The position numbers and the translations under genes were made by a program. A DNA stretch of 61,333 nt, counting the filler. It is 9 parts of 9 records of this genome, joined end to end, with 100 filler letters (N's around TTAATTAATTAA, not from the genome) between each part and the next. Parts side by side here need not be neighbours in the genome. Positions count along the whole stretch, not along the records: positions 1 to 13,073 come from SRR20825010_5651; positions 13,174 to 17,507 come from SRR20825010_5655; positions 17,608 to 22,715 come from SRR20825010_5657; 6 more parts are not named here. One strand, written 5' to 3'. Within the stretch, counting starts at the first letter, position 1; each line of letters opens with the position of its first letter. The notes under the pieces are model-generated. The model was given only the letters and a program-made list of their open reading frames with translations, searched no databases and was not told the origin of the DNA. Shown here in pieces: positions 10,209 through 20,027 of this stretch.

Positions 10209-11927
10209 TCAGACCGTGAAATAAGGGAGGCGCTGGGCGTCTTCAACAATATAGATGCCAAGCGGTTCAACCCGACCTCGAATCTCGGTGCTTTCATGGG
10301 TTAATTCAGAGAAATCCTCCGCCACGAGATTTGCCACTTTGTCCGAGAAAATAAGCTGGCTGGCATATTCCTTGGTCAATGCTTCAAGGCGGCTTGCCGT
10401 GTTGACTGGATCGCCGATGGCGGTAATCGAGGTGGCGCTGCCATAGCCCATCTGACCGACGATAACCTGCCCGACATGGATGCCGATGCCGATTCTAAGC
10501 GGTGCCGGTAGATCAGATTTGAGATTCTCGTTCATTATTTCAAGCTCTTTCGCCATCGACCGCGCGGCGTTCAAGGCCATGCGGCTGGCGGTCTTGCTAT
10601 TCTCGTTCAGACCGAATAGCGCCATGACGCCATCTCCGATGAATTTATCCAGATGACCGCCATTTTCCTCAATTGCTTCACCCATATGACGGAAATACTG
10701 GTTGATCACGAAGACCACATCATAGGGGAGTTTTTGCTCGGAGAATTTGGTGAAGGCCCGCAAATCCGCAAACAGGATTGCAATTTCCTTTTCCTGCCCT
10801 TGCAAATAGGCGGGTTGATTAAAGGCCTGACGCACGGTGGCGGTGGCCGGTAGCAGCGGAATGACGGACACATCTCCGGCCGGAATGCTCTGGCAGGCGA
10901 GGCGGGTTCCTTCCGGGGCGCCGACACGGCGGAGAACGGAAATTTCCTTGTCGCTCGCCGGATTCAGCTTGTCCCAGCCTTGCGTGACCCGTATGCGACA
11001 GGTGGAGCAGCGTCCGCGTCCGCCGCATACGGACGCATGGGGAATGTTGCCAAGCTGGCTTGCCTCCAGAATGGAAAGACCGGGTGTGGCGAGAACGGTT
11101 CTGTCATCAGGATAGGTGATGGCATTTACCTTGCGACGTCGGTAGCGGATGGTCCAGTAGACCCGGCTTACCACAAGCAGGCCGAGGGCCGCGAACATAA
11201 CCTGAAAACCAATATCCCGGGTCGTGTAGGCCCAGCCGATCAGGTCCGGCGGAAGATTGAGGCGCGCGAAAAACGCCTCTCGCCAGGCGGTATCGGCATT
11301 CAGCCGCTCCAATTCATTCGCGCCATTGATAAATCCGCTTAAGGAGATAATTGGCAGGATCAGCGCGAGGCTGTAGAGAGTGGGAAAGGCTTTCTCGTAC
11401 CAGGGTTTGAGCCGGAGCCAGAAATGAACGCCCAGGCAGCCATGCGCCCAGGCAACCAACAGTCCCAGGCTTTGCAATAACGCCTGGGTCGGGGTTGCAA
11501 CCCATAAGCTGAACAGGACGTAGCTGTAGCTGTCCTCCACACCGTAAATCTCATGGGCGACACGGGTGCCGATGATATGAAGGATAACCAGTGGCGGAAT
11601 CGAAAGCCCGAGGATGATTTGGAAGATGTCCTTACCCGCAAGACGGCGGTAGGAGCGATGCCGAAGCAGCTTGTAAAATACCAGCGCAATATGAAGGATT
11701 ATGGCGCCCAACAACAGGATTGTGCCGGGCGCGCTCCGCCAGAAGCTGAGAAAAATGTCCCGGCCCACCTCCATCGCGTTCAGGGAGATAAGGCCCAGCG
11801 CGTGATTGATAAGATGGCCAGCCAGAAAGAACATCAGCACGAGGCCGCTTACCAGTCTGAGCCGGTCCGGCCGAAGGGCCCGGCGTAACGATAGTGCTCT
11901 TCGTTTCAGGGCCCTTGGCAATTTCAT
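10209..11927 (-). CDS. Adenylate cyclase with His-rich membrane domain and 2Fe-2S ferredoxin domain (CyaC-like)
   Basis: About six TM helices containing His; 'CGGRGRCSTC...RLAC' 2Fe-2S motif; cyclase motifs 'FADLRAFT', 'DKFIGDG' and 'VNTASRLE'. Confidence 0.9.
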   Translation of the reverse strand: MKLPRALKRRALSLRRALRPDRLRLVSGLVLMFFLAGHLINHALGLISLNAMEVGRDIFLSFWRSAPGTILLLGAIILHIALVFYKLLRHRSYRRLAGKDIFQIILGLSIPPLVILHIIGTRVAHEIYGVEDSYSYVLFSLWVATPTQALLQSLGLLVAWAHGCLGVHFWLRLKPWYEKAFPTLYSLALILPIISLSGFINGANELERLNADTAWREAFFARLNLPPDLIGWAYTTRDIGFQVMFAALGLLVVSRVYWTIRYRRRKVNAITYPDDRTVLATPGLSILEASQLGNIPHASVCGGRGRCSTCRIRVTQGWDKLNPASDKEISVLRRVGAPEGTRLACQSIPAGDVSVIPLLPATATVRQAFNQPAYLQGQEKEIAILFADLRAFTKFSEQKLPYDVVFVINQYFRHMGEAIEENGGHLDKFIGDGVMALFGLNENSKTASRMALNAARSMAKELEIMNENLKSDLPAPLRIGIGIHVGQVIVGQMGYGSATSITAIGDPVNTASRLEALTKEYASQLIFSDKVANLVAEDFSELTHESTEIRGRVEPLGIYIVEDAQRLPYFTV

Positions 11928-11944
11928 CCGCAATGTCCGTGCAT

Positions 11945-12943
11945 CTATGCGACCGCGAGCTTCTTTTGAAGCAATTCCTTCAGATCCGATGCCGGACGAG
12001 CGCCATAATGGCTGATGATCTCCGCCGCCGCCATCGAGCCGATCCGCCCGCTGGTGGCGAGATCATGACCATTAGTGAAGCCGTAGAGAAACCCGGCGGC
12101 GAACAGGTCGCCCGCGCCTGTGGTATCTACGACCTCAATCTCCGTGTCGGCGGGAATTGTATGAGTCTCCGATCCCTTGACGATGATCGATCCCTTTTCG
12201 CTCCGTGTCAGGCAGGCAATCTCGACCTTTTCGCGAACCGTATCCAGCGCGGCATCGAAGTTTTCCGTCTCGAAGAGGGATTTGATTTCGTCTTCATTGG
12301 CAAACAGGATATCGACGCCGCCTTCGATAAAGTCCTGGAACTCCGCGCGATAGCGATCGACACAGAAGCTGTCCGACAGGGTGAGGGAGACACGCTGGCC
12401 TGCTGCATGGGCAATTTCCGCCGCCTTGCGAAAGGCCTGCTTACCGTTTTCAGGATCCCACAGATAGCCTTCCATATAGGTAACTTTCGAGGCGGCGATT
12501 ACTTCCGGATCGATATCCTCCGGCCCGAGTTCAATACAGGCCCCGAGATAGGTATTCATCGTGCGATGCGCATCCGGTGTCACCAGGATAAGGCTGCGTG
12601 CGGTTGCCGCGCCTTCCGTTGATTTTTTGGTTTCGAACGTCACGCCGCTGGCGTGGATATCATGAGTGAAAATATCACCAAGCTGATCATCGCGGACCTT
12701 GCCGACATAGGCGCAATTGCCCCCGAGAGAGGCGACGCCCGCCGCCGTATTCGCCGCCGATCCGCCGGACATCTCAATCGCCGACTTCATCTTCGCATAA
12801 AGCTCCTCGGCGCGGGCCATATCGATCAGGTTCATCGAATTCTTTACAAGGCTTTCCGCTTCCAGAAAGGCGTCATCGGTTTTACTGATAACATCGACAA
12901 TGGCATTGCCGATACAGGTTGTGTCAAACATCCGCTTCGTCAT
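11945..12943 (-). CDS. PfkB-family carbohydrate kinase, adenosine-kinase-like
   Basis: 'IGNAIVD', 'GGSAANT', 'FANEDE' and 'DTTGAGDLFAAG'. Confidence 0.9.
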   Translation of the reverse strand: MTKRMFDTTCIGNAIVDVISKTDDAFLEAESLVKNSMNLIDMARAEELYAKMKSAIEMSGGSAANTAAGVASLGGNCAYVGKVRDDQLGDIFTHDIHASGVTFETKKSTEGAATARSLILVTPDAHRTMNTYLGACIELGPEDIDPEVIAASKVTYMEGYLWDPENGKQAFRKAAEIAHAAGQRVSLTLSDSFCVDRYRAEFQDFIEGGVDILFANEDEIKSLFETENFDAALDTVREKVEIACLTRSEKGSIIVKGSETHTIPADTEIEVVDTTGAGDLFAAGFLYGFTNGHDLATSGRIGSMAAAEIISHYGARPASDLKELLQKKLAVA

Positions 12944-13073
12944 AATATTCCTGCTCGTTACTCCGGCATCGGGGGAGTATAGTCGCTCGGCCCGTCGGGG
13001 CAAGAGCGCTTTGCGTCGTGTTGCGATTTAGGAGATGAGGGATGACGGATTTAGTAAAAATGGCCGCAACGGA

Positions 13074-13173
13074 NNNNNNNNNNNNNNNNNNNNNNNNNNN
13101 NNNNNNNNNNNNNNNNNTTAATTAATTAANNNNNNNNNNNNNNNNNNNNNNNNNNNNNNNNNNNNNNNNNNNN
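13074..13173. other. Artificial contig spacer (44 N + TTAATTAATTAA + 44 N)
   Basis: Identical 100-nt block occurs eight times; the 12-mer places stop codons in all six frames. Confidence 0.99.
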
Positions 13174-13435
13174 GATAGAGCGCGTAATTCTGGAACACCA
13201 TGGAGATGTCGCGGGCTTTCGGCGGCAGCGCGTTGACCACCTTGCCGCCAATCGCAATCTCGCCGCCGGTGATTTCTTCAAGCCCTGCGATCATGCGCAG
13301 CAATGTCGACTTGCCGCAGCCCGACGGACCGACGAGAACCACGAATTCGCCATCGGCGATCTCGGCATCAACGCCATGGATGACCTCGACGCTGCCATAG
13401 CGCTTGGCGACCTTGTTGAGGGAAACACTTGCCAT
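13174..13435 (-). CDS. Sugar ABC transporter ATP-binding protein (MalK/UgpC type), 3'-truncated
   Basis: '[19 protein letters not shown]' and 'MVFQNYALY'. Confidence 0.95.
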
Positions 13436-13447
13436 GGGAATATCCTC

Positions 13448-15538
13448 CTAAACCGGCCGGACCCGGATGCGGGTGGACGACAGCGCGCCCTCGTGAACCA
13501 GCATGCCGGCAGCGCCGCCCGGGAAGGCATCGTCGGATGCCTCCACCCGGCAGTCGCCGATCCGGGCTGTGATGCGGTTACCCGAAACGCTCGCCGTCAT
13601 CGTGAAGGCGCGCTCAAGCGCCGTGTCATGAGGGGTGGAAGCAAGCACCTCTTCGGCCCCGTCCCTGCGGCGCACGATCTCCAGCGCGCCATCGAGCGTG
13701 ACGCGGGCGAGATAGTAACGCCGCTGGCCCTCGGCCCGAAGCACCAGTCCGCCATAGGCGCCGAGATGCAGCATCAGGTCGGCCTCGATCGCGTAATCCG
13801 TCCAGCTCCGGCCACCCTGCAGGATCAGACCGTCGCCGCGATTCTGGCTGATGCGGATATCCTGCTGGAAATGCTTGGAGAAGAAATGGACATTGCTGAC
13901 CCATGCCCGCCGCCAGAAATCGCCGGTGCCCGCCGGGCGCTTGAAGGTGACGTCCGGGCAGCCGTCCCACCAGAGCCTTTCGAGAAGCACCCGGCCATTG
14001 CTGCGGCCCTCAGACGCGGTGAGCACGATGCCGACCTCGGCGATCGGCTGATATCCCGTTTCCGGCACCACCCATTCCAGCGTGGCGGACTTGCCGGGCG
14101 AAACCGTGACGGCATGCGGCATGTCGCAATCGACCAGCGTGTCGGTTCCATCATAGTGACGCAGGCGCAGCCTGGCCTCGACCGCGCCGCTATTGCCGCC
14201 TTCCGCCCGCACCTCGGCCCGCAGCGTCTGCCCGGCATGGATGCGCGGGCTTGCCACCAGATCATAGGTGCGCATGCGGGTGGCATCGCGCGGGGAGAAT
14301 ACCGCCGTCATCGCGGCCGCCTCGCGGCCCGGCGCGAGCGCGTGATAATCGAGCGCAAGCGCCGCGCCCGTGCCCGTGACCTTCAGATCGGCAAGCGCCG
14401 TCTCCCCGCCCTGCGGCAGGAAGCCCTGGACCGAACCCGGCAGCGAGAAATGGAACTGCGCGCCGTCCTTCGGAGCGGGAAGCGCGTCCTTGCCGGCGAG
14501 CCTGCGGCCGAGATTGGCGAGCCAGAGCGCGATTTCCACAGCATCGGACACCGAACGACCGCCATCCGCCGTCGACATATAGAGCCGGTCGGCGACCGGA
14601 CCGCGCCAGTCGGGACCCGCCTCAAGCCCGTCGAGCCCGAGCATGATGCCGTGCAGGCAGCCGAGATTGCCGGCATTGCAATCGGTATCCCAGCCGGAGG
14701 TGTTGACGATCATCTGGCCGCGCTGGAAATCATCGGGCGCATGCAGGAGCGCCATGATCATCAGCGCATGGTTGGGCACGACATGGCAATTGCCGGGATA
14801 TTTGTCGTAGCCGTAATTGTCCTCGATCCTCTGCCGCGTCGCCTCCCAGTCCTCGTTACCGGAGGTCCATTCGCGGATATCGGCGATCAGCCGGGCAATC
14901 AGGCTGTCCTTCGGAGTGAAGGAGAGACCGGTATCGAGAAGATGATCGACATCCCTGCTGACGAAGGCTTCCGCCTCCATCGCCGCCCACAGCACCGCCG
15001 CGTTGACGGATTCGCCGTCATGGCTGACCGAGCCCGCCGCCCGCGCAAGCTTTGCCGCCTGCGCCGGATTGCCGGGGGAAACCAGCGCCCAGCCATCGAT
15101 GAAGATCTGCGCGCCGATCTGCTCGGCGACCGTTTCACCATTGGTGGCAATCGAGCCGGAGGCGGGTGCCGGGATGCCGCGCGTGAGATTCAGCCAGGCG
15201 GTATGCTCGGTGGAATTGCCGGCCCCGCCCCACCACAGGATCGAGCGTTCCTCGATGATGTAATTGAGCCAGGCCTTGCCGATATCCTCCGACGACAGGT
15301 CGGGCGAGATGCCGTAATCGTCGAGCGCGCGCGGAAAGGTGAAGGTGCCGCCGATATCGTCGTCGGTGACGATCAGCGGATCGCCCAGCCGGTCGTGGAC
15401 GTAATAGGTGATCGGCCCCAGTTTTTCGAGAATGTCGCGATAGCGCCAGTTCTCGAAAGGTCGGCCGAGATAGACGCCGATGAGCTTGCCGAGAACGCCG
15501 GCATAGACGCGATCCTGATAATCTGCGGGGATGGACAT
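13448..15538 (-). CDS. ADP-ribosylglycohydrolase family protein with C-terminal beta-rich domains
   Basis: 'GVYLGRPFE', 'VTDDD' and 'GWDTDCNAGN' acidic metal motifs; 696 aa. Confidence 0.85.
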   Translation of the reverse strand: MSIPADYQDRVYAGVLGKLIGVYLGRPFENWRYRDILEKLGPITYYVHDRLGDPLIVTDDDIGGTFTFPRALDDYGISPDLSSEDIGKAWLNYIIEERSILWWGGAGNSTEHTAWLNLTRGIPAPASGSIATNGETVAEQIGAQIFIDGWALVSPGNPAQAAKLARAAGSVSHDGESVNAAVLWAAMEAEAFVSRDVDHLLDTGLSFTPKDSLIARLIADIREWTSGNEDWEATRQRIEDNYGYDKYPGNCHVVPNHALMIMALLHAPDDFQRGQMIVNTSGWDTDCNAGNLGCLHGIMLGLDGLEAGPDWRGPVADRLYMSTADGGRSVSDAVEIALWLANLGRRLAGKDALPAPKDGAQFHFSLPGSVQGFLPQGGETALADLKVTGTGAALALDYHALAPGREAAAMTAVFSPRDATRMRTYDLVASPRIHAGQTLRAEVRAEGGNSGAVEARLRLRHYDGTDTLVDCDMPHAVTVSPGKSATLEWVVPETGYQPIAEVGIVLTASEGRSNGRVLLERLWWDGCPDVTFKRPAGTGDFWRRAWVSNVHFFSKHFQQDIRISQNRGDGLILQGGRSWTDYAIEADLMLHLGAYGGLVLRAEGQRRYYLARVTLDGALEIVRRRDGAEEVLASTPHDTALERAFTMTASVSGNRITARIGDCRVEASDDAFPGGAAGMLVHEGALSSTRIRVRPV

Positions 15539-15551
15539 TTGATGCTCCTTG

Positions 15552-16385
15552 TCAGCCCTTCACCGAGCCGCCGGCCATGCCTTCGATGAAGCGGCGCTGC
15601 AGCAGGACGAAGAGAATTACGATAGGCAGAATGATGATGAGGGCCGCCGCCATGACCACGCCCCAGTCGGACGAGTACTGGCCAGACAGCAGGAAGAACG
15701 AGACCACGGCGGTCAGCCGGTCCTGGCCCTGCAGAAAGGTGGTCGCGATCAGGAACTCGTTCCACGAGTAAAGCCCGATGATCAGCGCCACGGTCAGGAT
15801 GCCGGGCGAGACGATCGGCAGGAATACCCGGGAAAACACCTGCCAGTGGGTTGCCCCGTCGATCAGCGCGGCCTCCTCCAACTCCTTCGGCACCGCCAGG
15901 AAATAGGTCCGGAGCAGCATGATCGCGAACGGCGAATAGACCGCGGTGTAGATGAAGGCGACCGCCACCGGATTGTTGATCAGGCCCAGCCGGGCAAAGC
16001 CGAAATAGAGCGGAAACAGGAACAGTTGGATAGGCGCGGTGGTGCTGGCGAGCAGATAGAAGGTCAGGATTTTCCAGGTCTTGATCTTGCGCCGCGCCAG
16101 CACATAGGCCGTCAGCGAACCGGTGGTGCAGACCAGCACGATGGTCATACCGGTCAAAAGCGCGGAGTTCAGCAGCGTGCGGCTGAAATTGGCGTCCGAC
16201 CAGGCGCGGGTGAAATTGTCCCAGCGCAATTGCGACGGCAGCGCCAGCGGGTTCTGGACGATTTCCGCCGACCCCTTCAGCGAATTGAGAACCAGAAGCG
16301 CGATCGGAAACAGCGTGATCACCAGCATCACACCGAGCGTGATGTAGGCGATGATGCGGGTCAGGCGGCTTTCTGACGTGTTCAT
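15552..16385 (-). CDS. Carbohydrate ABC transporter permease (MalG type)
   Basis: 'ELEEAALIDGA', 'WNEF' and 'FIEGMAGGSVKG'; ATG overlaps the upstream stop (ATGA). Confidence 0.95.
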   Translation of the reverse strand: MNTSESRLTRIIAYITLGVMLVITLFPIALLVLNSLKGSAEIVQNPLALPSQLRWDNFTRAWSDANFSRTLLNSALLTGMTIVLVCTTGSLTAYVLARRKIKTWKILTFYLLASTTAPIQLFLFPLYFGFARLGLINNPVAVAFIYTAVYSPFAIMLLRTYFLAVPKELEEAALIDGATHWQVFSRVFLPIVSPGILTVALIIGLYSWNEFLIATTFLQGQDRLTAVVSFFLLSGQYSSDWGVVMAAALIIILPIVILFVLLQRRFIEGMAGGSVKG

Positions 16386-17227
16386 TGTTCGAACTCCTGC
16401 GCCTGCGAGCGGATGTAGAAGATGGTGGCGGCAAGGCCGAACAGGCTGATGACCACGGAAATCGCCGCCGCCTTGCCGACCGCCAGATCGTAGAAGGCCG
16501 ATCGGTAGGCGAAGGTCGACAGCACTTCGGACGAAAACGCCGGGCCGCCCTGGGTGAGGATGTAGACGAAATCGAACACCAGGAACGACCAGATCACGGT
16601 CATGATCATCATCAGCGTGATGGTCGGGCGGATGCCGGGCAGCAGCACGTAGCGGATGATCTGGGTGAAGGTCGCGCCTTCCACCCTTGCCGCCTCGACC
16701 TGTTCGGCGGGCACCTGCCGGAGCGCCGCGAAGAAGATCACGCACAGAAATCCCCACCAGTGCCAGAGGTCGACGGTGGCGATGCCATAAAGCGCGGTGG
16801 AGGTCTCAGCCAGCGGATTGGCCACGTCGATGCCCATGCGCTGCAACAGGCCGGTAATGCCGGTGATCGGCGAATAGATCATGCCCTGCCAGATGCGCCC
16901 GGTAATCACGGTCGCGATGATGACCGGCAGGAAATAGATCACCTGGAAATAGGTCGATCCGCGACGCGCCACCAGCATCATGGTCGCGGCCAGCAGCCCC
17001 ATGGCGATCGGCACCGTCAGGAAGATCGCCGTCCAGATGATGTTGTTGGTGAGCGCGGTCCAGAACACGCTGTCATCAAAAAGCGCCTTGAAATTGCCGA
17101 GGCCGACAAAGATGGGCGCGGTGATGCCGTCCCACTCGAAGAAGGCCAGAAACACGGTCAGGAGCGCCGGTATGGCGATGATTGCGACATTGATCAGCAA
17201 TGTCGGCAGGACATAGAGGCGATGCAT
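16382..17227 (-). CDS. Carbohydrate ABC transporter permease (MalF type)
   Basis: 'FVGLGNF', 'VEAARVEGA' and 'LTQGGP'. Confidence 0.95.
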   Translation of the reverse strand: MHRLYVLPTLLINVAIIAIPALLTVFLAFFEWDGITAPIFVGLGNFKALFDDSVFWTALTNNIIWTAIFLTVPIAMGLLAATMMLVARRGSTYFQVIYFLPVIIATVITGRIWQGMIYSPITGITGLLQRMGIDVANPLAETSTALYGIATVDLWHWWGFLCVIFFAALRQVPAEQVEAARVEGATFTQIIRYVLLPGIRPTITLMMIMTVIWSFLVFDFVYILTQGGPAFSSEVLSTFAYRSAFYDLAVGKAAAISVVISLFGLAATIFYIRSQAQEFEQ

Positions 17228-17326
17228 GAGAATACCTTTGCAGAGCGAAGACCTTGCTTCCTTCCGGCTGCGCCTTGCGCATTGGGCGGTGCGCCATCGA
17301 GACAGCGCACCGATAGGTCTCCGAGT

Positions 17327-17506
17327 TTAGCGGGCCGGCACGGCGGGCGCTTTGCCAGCCTTGAATTCCTTCTCGAAGGTATCGTTCAGCTTGGTCAGGA
17401 ACGCGATCGGCTCGATTTTGTCGAGCCAGACCTCCTCGATGCCGTTGATCAGGTAGCTGTCGGTCGCCGGCGGCAGGAAGGTCCAGGTGGTATAGCCGTA
17501 ATTGCC
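17327..17506 (-). CDS. Probable ABC substrate-binding protein, C-terminal fragment
   Basis: Open frame GNYGYTTWTFLPPATDSYL...KAPAVPAR* from the contig end, directly upstream of the permeases; identity inferred from position. Confidence 0.7.
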   Translation of the reverse strand, partial: GNYGYTTWTFLPPATDSYLINGIEEVWLDKIEPIAFLTKLNDTFEKEFKAGKAPAVPAR

Positions 17507-17507
17507 G

Positions 17508-17607
17508 NNNNNNNNNNNNNNNNNNNNNNNNNNNNNNNNNNNNNNNNNNNNTTAATTAATTAANNNNNNNNNNNNNNNNNNNNNNNNNNNNNNNNNNNNN
17601 NNNNNNN
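17508..17607. other. Artificial contig spacer
   Basis: 44 N + TTAATTAATTAA + 44 N. Confidence 0.99.
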
Positions 17608-17608
17608 G

Positions 17609-17872
17609 CTGGATGAGGCGACAAGCGCGCTGGATTCGGAGGTTGAGGCAGAGATCCAAGAGGCGCTGGAACAGGTCATGATGGGCAAGACCGTGCTTGC
17701 CATCGCGCACCGCCTGTCCACCATCGCCCAAATGGACCGGATTGTGGTCATGGATCAGGGTCGGATCGTCGAACAAGGTTCGCATGAGGCGTTGTTGGCG
17801 CAGGGCGGGCTTTACGCCCGCTATTGGGAGCGTCAGTCGGGCGGATTCATCGGCTCTGAGGCGGCGGAATAG
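17609..17872 (+). CDS. ABC exporter ATP-binding domain, C-terminal fragment
   Basis: '[11 protein letters not shown]' and 'IAHRLST'. Confidence 0.93.
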   Translation: MDEATSALDSEVEAEIQEALEQVMMGKTVLAIAHRLSTIAQMDRIVVMDQGRIVEQGSHEALLAQGGLYARYWERQSGGFIGSEAAE

Positions 17873-17947
17873 CCCGAGGCGCTGGTGCCTGTCGCAGGTG
17901 GCGGATATTGGGTATTTTTACAGAGAAGAAACGGCAGGGGAGCGCGC

Positions 17948-19177
17948 ATGTCCGACGGCACGCATCAGGTGACGATCGAACGGCTGGGCCACCGGGGCGA
18001 TGGTATCGCGCCGGGGCCGATTTTTGTGCCCGGCGTTTTGCCGGGTGAGGTGGTCGAAGGTGAGGTGACAGGGGACGCGATGTTCGCCCCGCGTATTGTC
18101 ACGCCCTCTGCCGACCGGGTGTCGCCCCCCTGTCGTCATGCGAAATCCTGCGGCGGGTGCCAATTGCAGCACGCCTCGGACGGGTTTGTCACCGGCTGGA
18201 AAGAAGAGGTGGTGCGCCGCGCGCTGGAGGCGCAGGGACTGTCCGCGCCGATGCGGCCCACGTTTACCTCTCCGACGCATTCGCGCCGCCGCGCCAGTTT
18301 CTCCGCGCGCCGGACCAAGAAGGGCGCACTGGTTGGGTTCCACCAGAAAGCCTCGGATGTGATCGTTGCCGTTCCGGGCTGTCAGTTGGTCACGCCTGCC
18401 TTGGCCGGCGCGCTGCCCTTGATCGAACGGCTGGCGGTGGCCGGGGCGTCGCGCAAGGGCGAACTGTCGGTTCTGGTGACGGAAAGCCTGTCGGGACTGG
18501 ATATCGTTGTCACCGGGGGTAAGCCGATTGACGACGCATTGCGGTCCGAACTGGCCGCGATTGCGCAGGCCGAAGGGTTGGCGCGGTTGGCATGGGATGA
18601 CGACGTTCTGACCTTTTTGCCGCCGCATCAGCGGTTTGGCGCGGCTCTGGTGGTGCCGCCGCCGGGGGCATTCCTGCAAGCGACGGAAACCGGGCAGGCG
18701 GCGTTGTTGTCTGCCGTGCAGGAGGCATTGACCGGGGCCACATATATTGCCGATCTGTTTGCCGGCTGCGGCACCTTCGCCCTGCCACTGGCCGAAATGG
18801 CGCGCGTGCACGCGGTTGAGGGAGATAAGGCCATGACCCTCGCGCTGGATCAAGGGTGGCGGCAGGCGCAGGGCATGCGTCATGTCACCCATGCCGTGCG
18901 CGACTTGTTTCGCAATCCCTTGTTGCCGGATGAGTTGACCCGCTTTGACGGGGTGGTGATCGACCCGCCGCGCGCCGGGGCAGAGGCTCAGGTGGCAGAA
19001 CTGGCCCGCGCCCGCGTCCCGCGTATTGCGCATGTGTCCTGCAACCCGGTGAGTTTTGCCCGTGACTGTGTGCGGTTGCAGGCGGCGGGCTATCGCCTTG
19101 ACTGGGTGCAGGTGGTTGACCAGTTCCGCTGGTCCACCCATGTGGAACTTGTCGCCTCATTACAGCTGGAGAAGTGA
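17948..19177 (+). CDS. RNA m5U methyltransferase (TrmA/RlmD family)
   Basis: 'CRHAKSCGGCQLQH' Fe-S motif, 'DLFAGCG', 'DPPRAG', 'VSCNP' and 'HVE'. Confidence 0.92.
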   Translation: MSDGTHQVTIERLGHRGDGIAPGPIFVPGVLPGEVVEGEVTGDAMFAPRIVTPSADRVSPPCRHAKSCGGCQLQHASDGFVTGWKEEVVRRALEAQGLSAPMRPTFTSPTHSRRRASFSARRTKKGALVGFHQKASDVIVAVPGCQLVTPALAGALPLIERLAVAGASRKGELSVLVTESLSGLDIVVTGGKPIDDALRSELAAIAQAEGLARLAWDDDVLTFLPPHQRFGAALVVPPPGAFLQATETGQAALLSAVQEALTGATYIADLFAGCGTFALPLAEMARVHAVEGDKAMTLALDQGWRQAQGMRHVTHAVRDLFRNPLLPDELTRFDGVVIDPPRAGAEAQVAELARARVPRIAHVSCNPVSFARDCVRLQAAGYRLDWVQVVDQFRWSTHVELVASLQLEK

Positions 19178-19181
19178 GCCT

Positions 19182-19994
19182 ATGAATTTCCGCGCCCGCG
19201 TCGGGGCTATTGTCGACGCGCCCCGTGTTCAGAACGCCATCATTGCCGTCATCATATTGAACGCCGTTGTTTTGGGGATGGAAACATCCGAGTCGCTGAT
19301 GAGCCGCTTTGGCAACGTCATCACCCTGCTGGACAAGCTGTGCCTTGGCATCTTTATCGTCGAGATTGCCGCCAAGCTGGTGGCGCGCGGGATGCGCTTT
19401 TTCCGCAGCGGGTGGAGCGTGTTCGACTTTGTAATCGTCGGCATTGCGCTGGTCCCCGGCGCGGGCGGCCTGTCCGTGTTGCGATCGCTGCGTATCCTGC
19501 GAGTGTTGCGGGTGATCTCTGTCGCTCCCCGGTTGCGTCGCGTGGTCGAGGGCTTCATCACCGCGCTGCCCGGCATGGGCAGCGTGTTCCTGCTGATGGC
19601 GATCATCTTTTACATCGGCAGCGTCATGGCGACCAAGCTGTTCGGCGACAGCTTTCCCGACTGGTTCGGCAACCTTGGGATGTCGGCCTATTCACTGTTC
19701 CAGATCATGACGCTGGAATCCTGGTCGATGGGAATCGTGCGCCCGGTGATGGAGGTTTATCCCTATGCGTGGGTGTTTTTCGTCCCCTTCATCATGGTCA
19801 CGACCTTTGCGGTGGTGAACCTGCTGGTGGGTCTGATCGTGAACTCGATGCAGGACGCCCACCAGCAAGAGGACAACGAACGCACTGACCTGTACCGGGA
19901 TGAGGTTCTAGCCCGGCTGGAGGCGATTGAACGGCGTCTGGGCGAACAGGCGCGCGATGTCGAAAACGTGAGCTACGCAAACCGCCCCGAATAA
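19182..19994 (+). CDS. Bacterial voltage-gated sodium channel (BacNav family)
   Basis: Six TM helices, S4 'LRSLRILRVLR', filter 'TLESWSMG' and C-terminal coiled coil. Confidence 0.93.
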   Translation: MNFRARVGAIVDAPRVQNAIIAVIILNAVVLGMETSESLMSRFGNVITLLDKLCLGIFIVEIAAKLVARGMRFFRSGWSVFDFVIVGIALVPGAGGLSVLRSLRILRVLRVISVAPRLRRVVEGFITALPGMGSVFLLMAIIFYIGSVMATKLFGDSFPDWFGNLGMSAYSLFQIMTLESWSMGIVRPVMEVYPYAWVFFVPFIMVTTFAVVNLLVGLIVNSMQDAHQQEDNERTDLYRDEVLARLEAIERRLGEQARDVENVSYANRPE

Positions 19995-20027
19995 GGTAGA
20001 ATCCCGAAAAACGTATGGGGCAGTATA

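Noticed and set aside
13118-13129. Recurrent TTAATTAATTAA palindrome as a biological repeat
   Set aside because: Always centred in 44+44 N; it is a six-frame-stop assembly spacer. ORFs ending in X...LIN are artefacts of it.
13376-15589. 737-aa plus-strand ORF
   Set aside because: Antisense shadow of the glycohydrolase gene in GC-rich DNA; no recognisable motifs.
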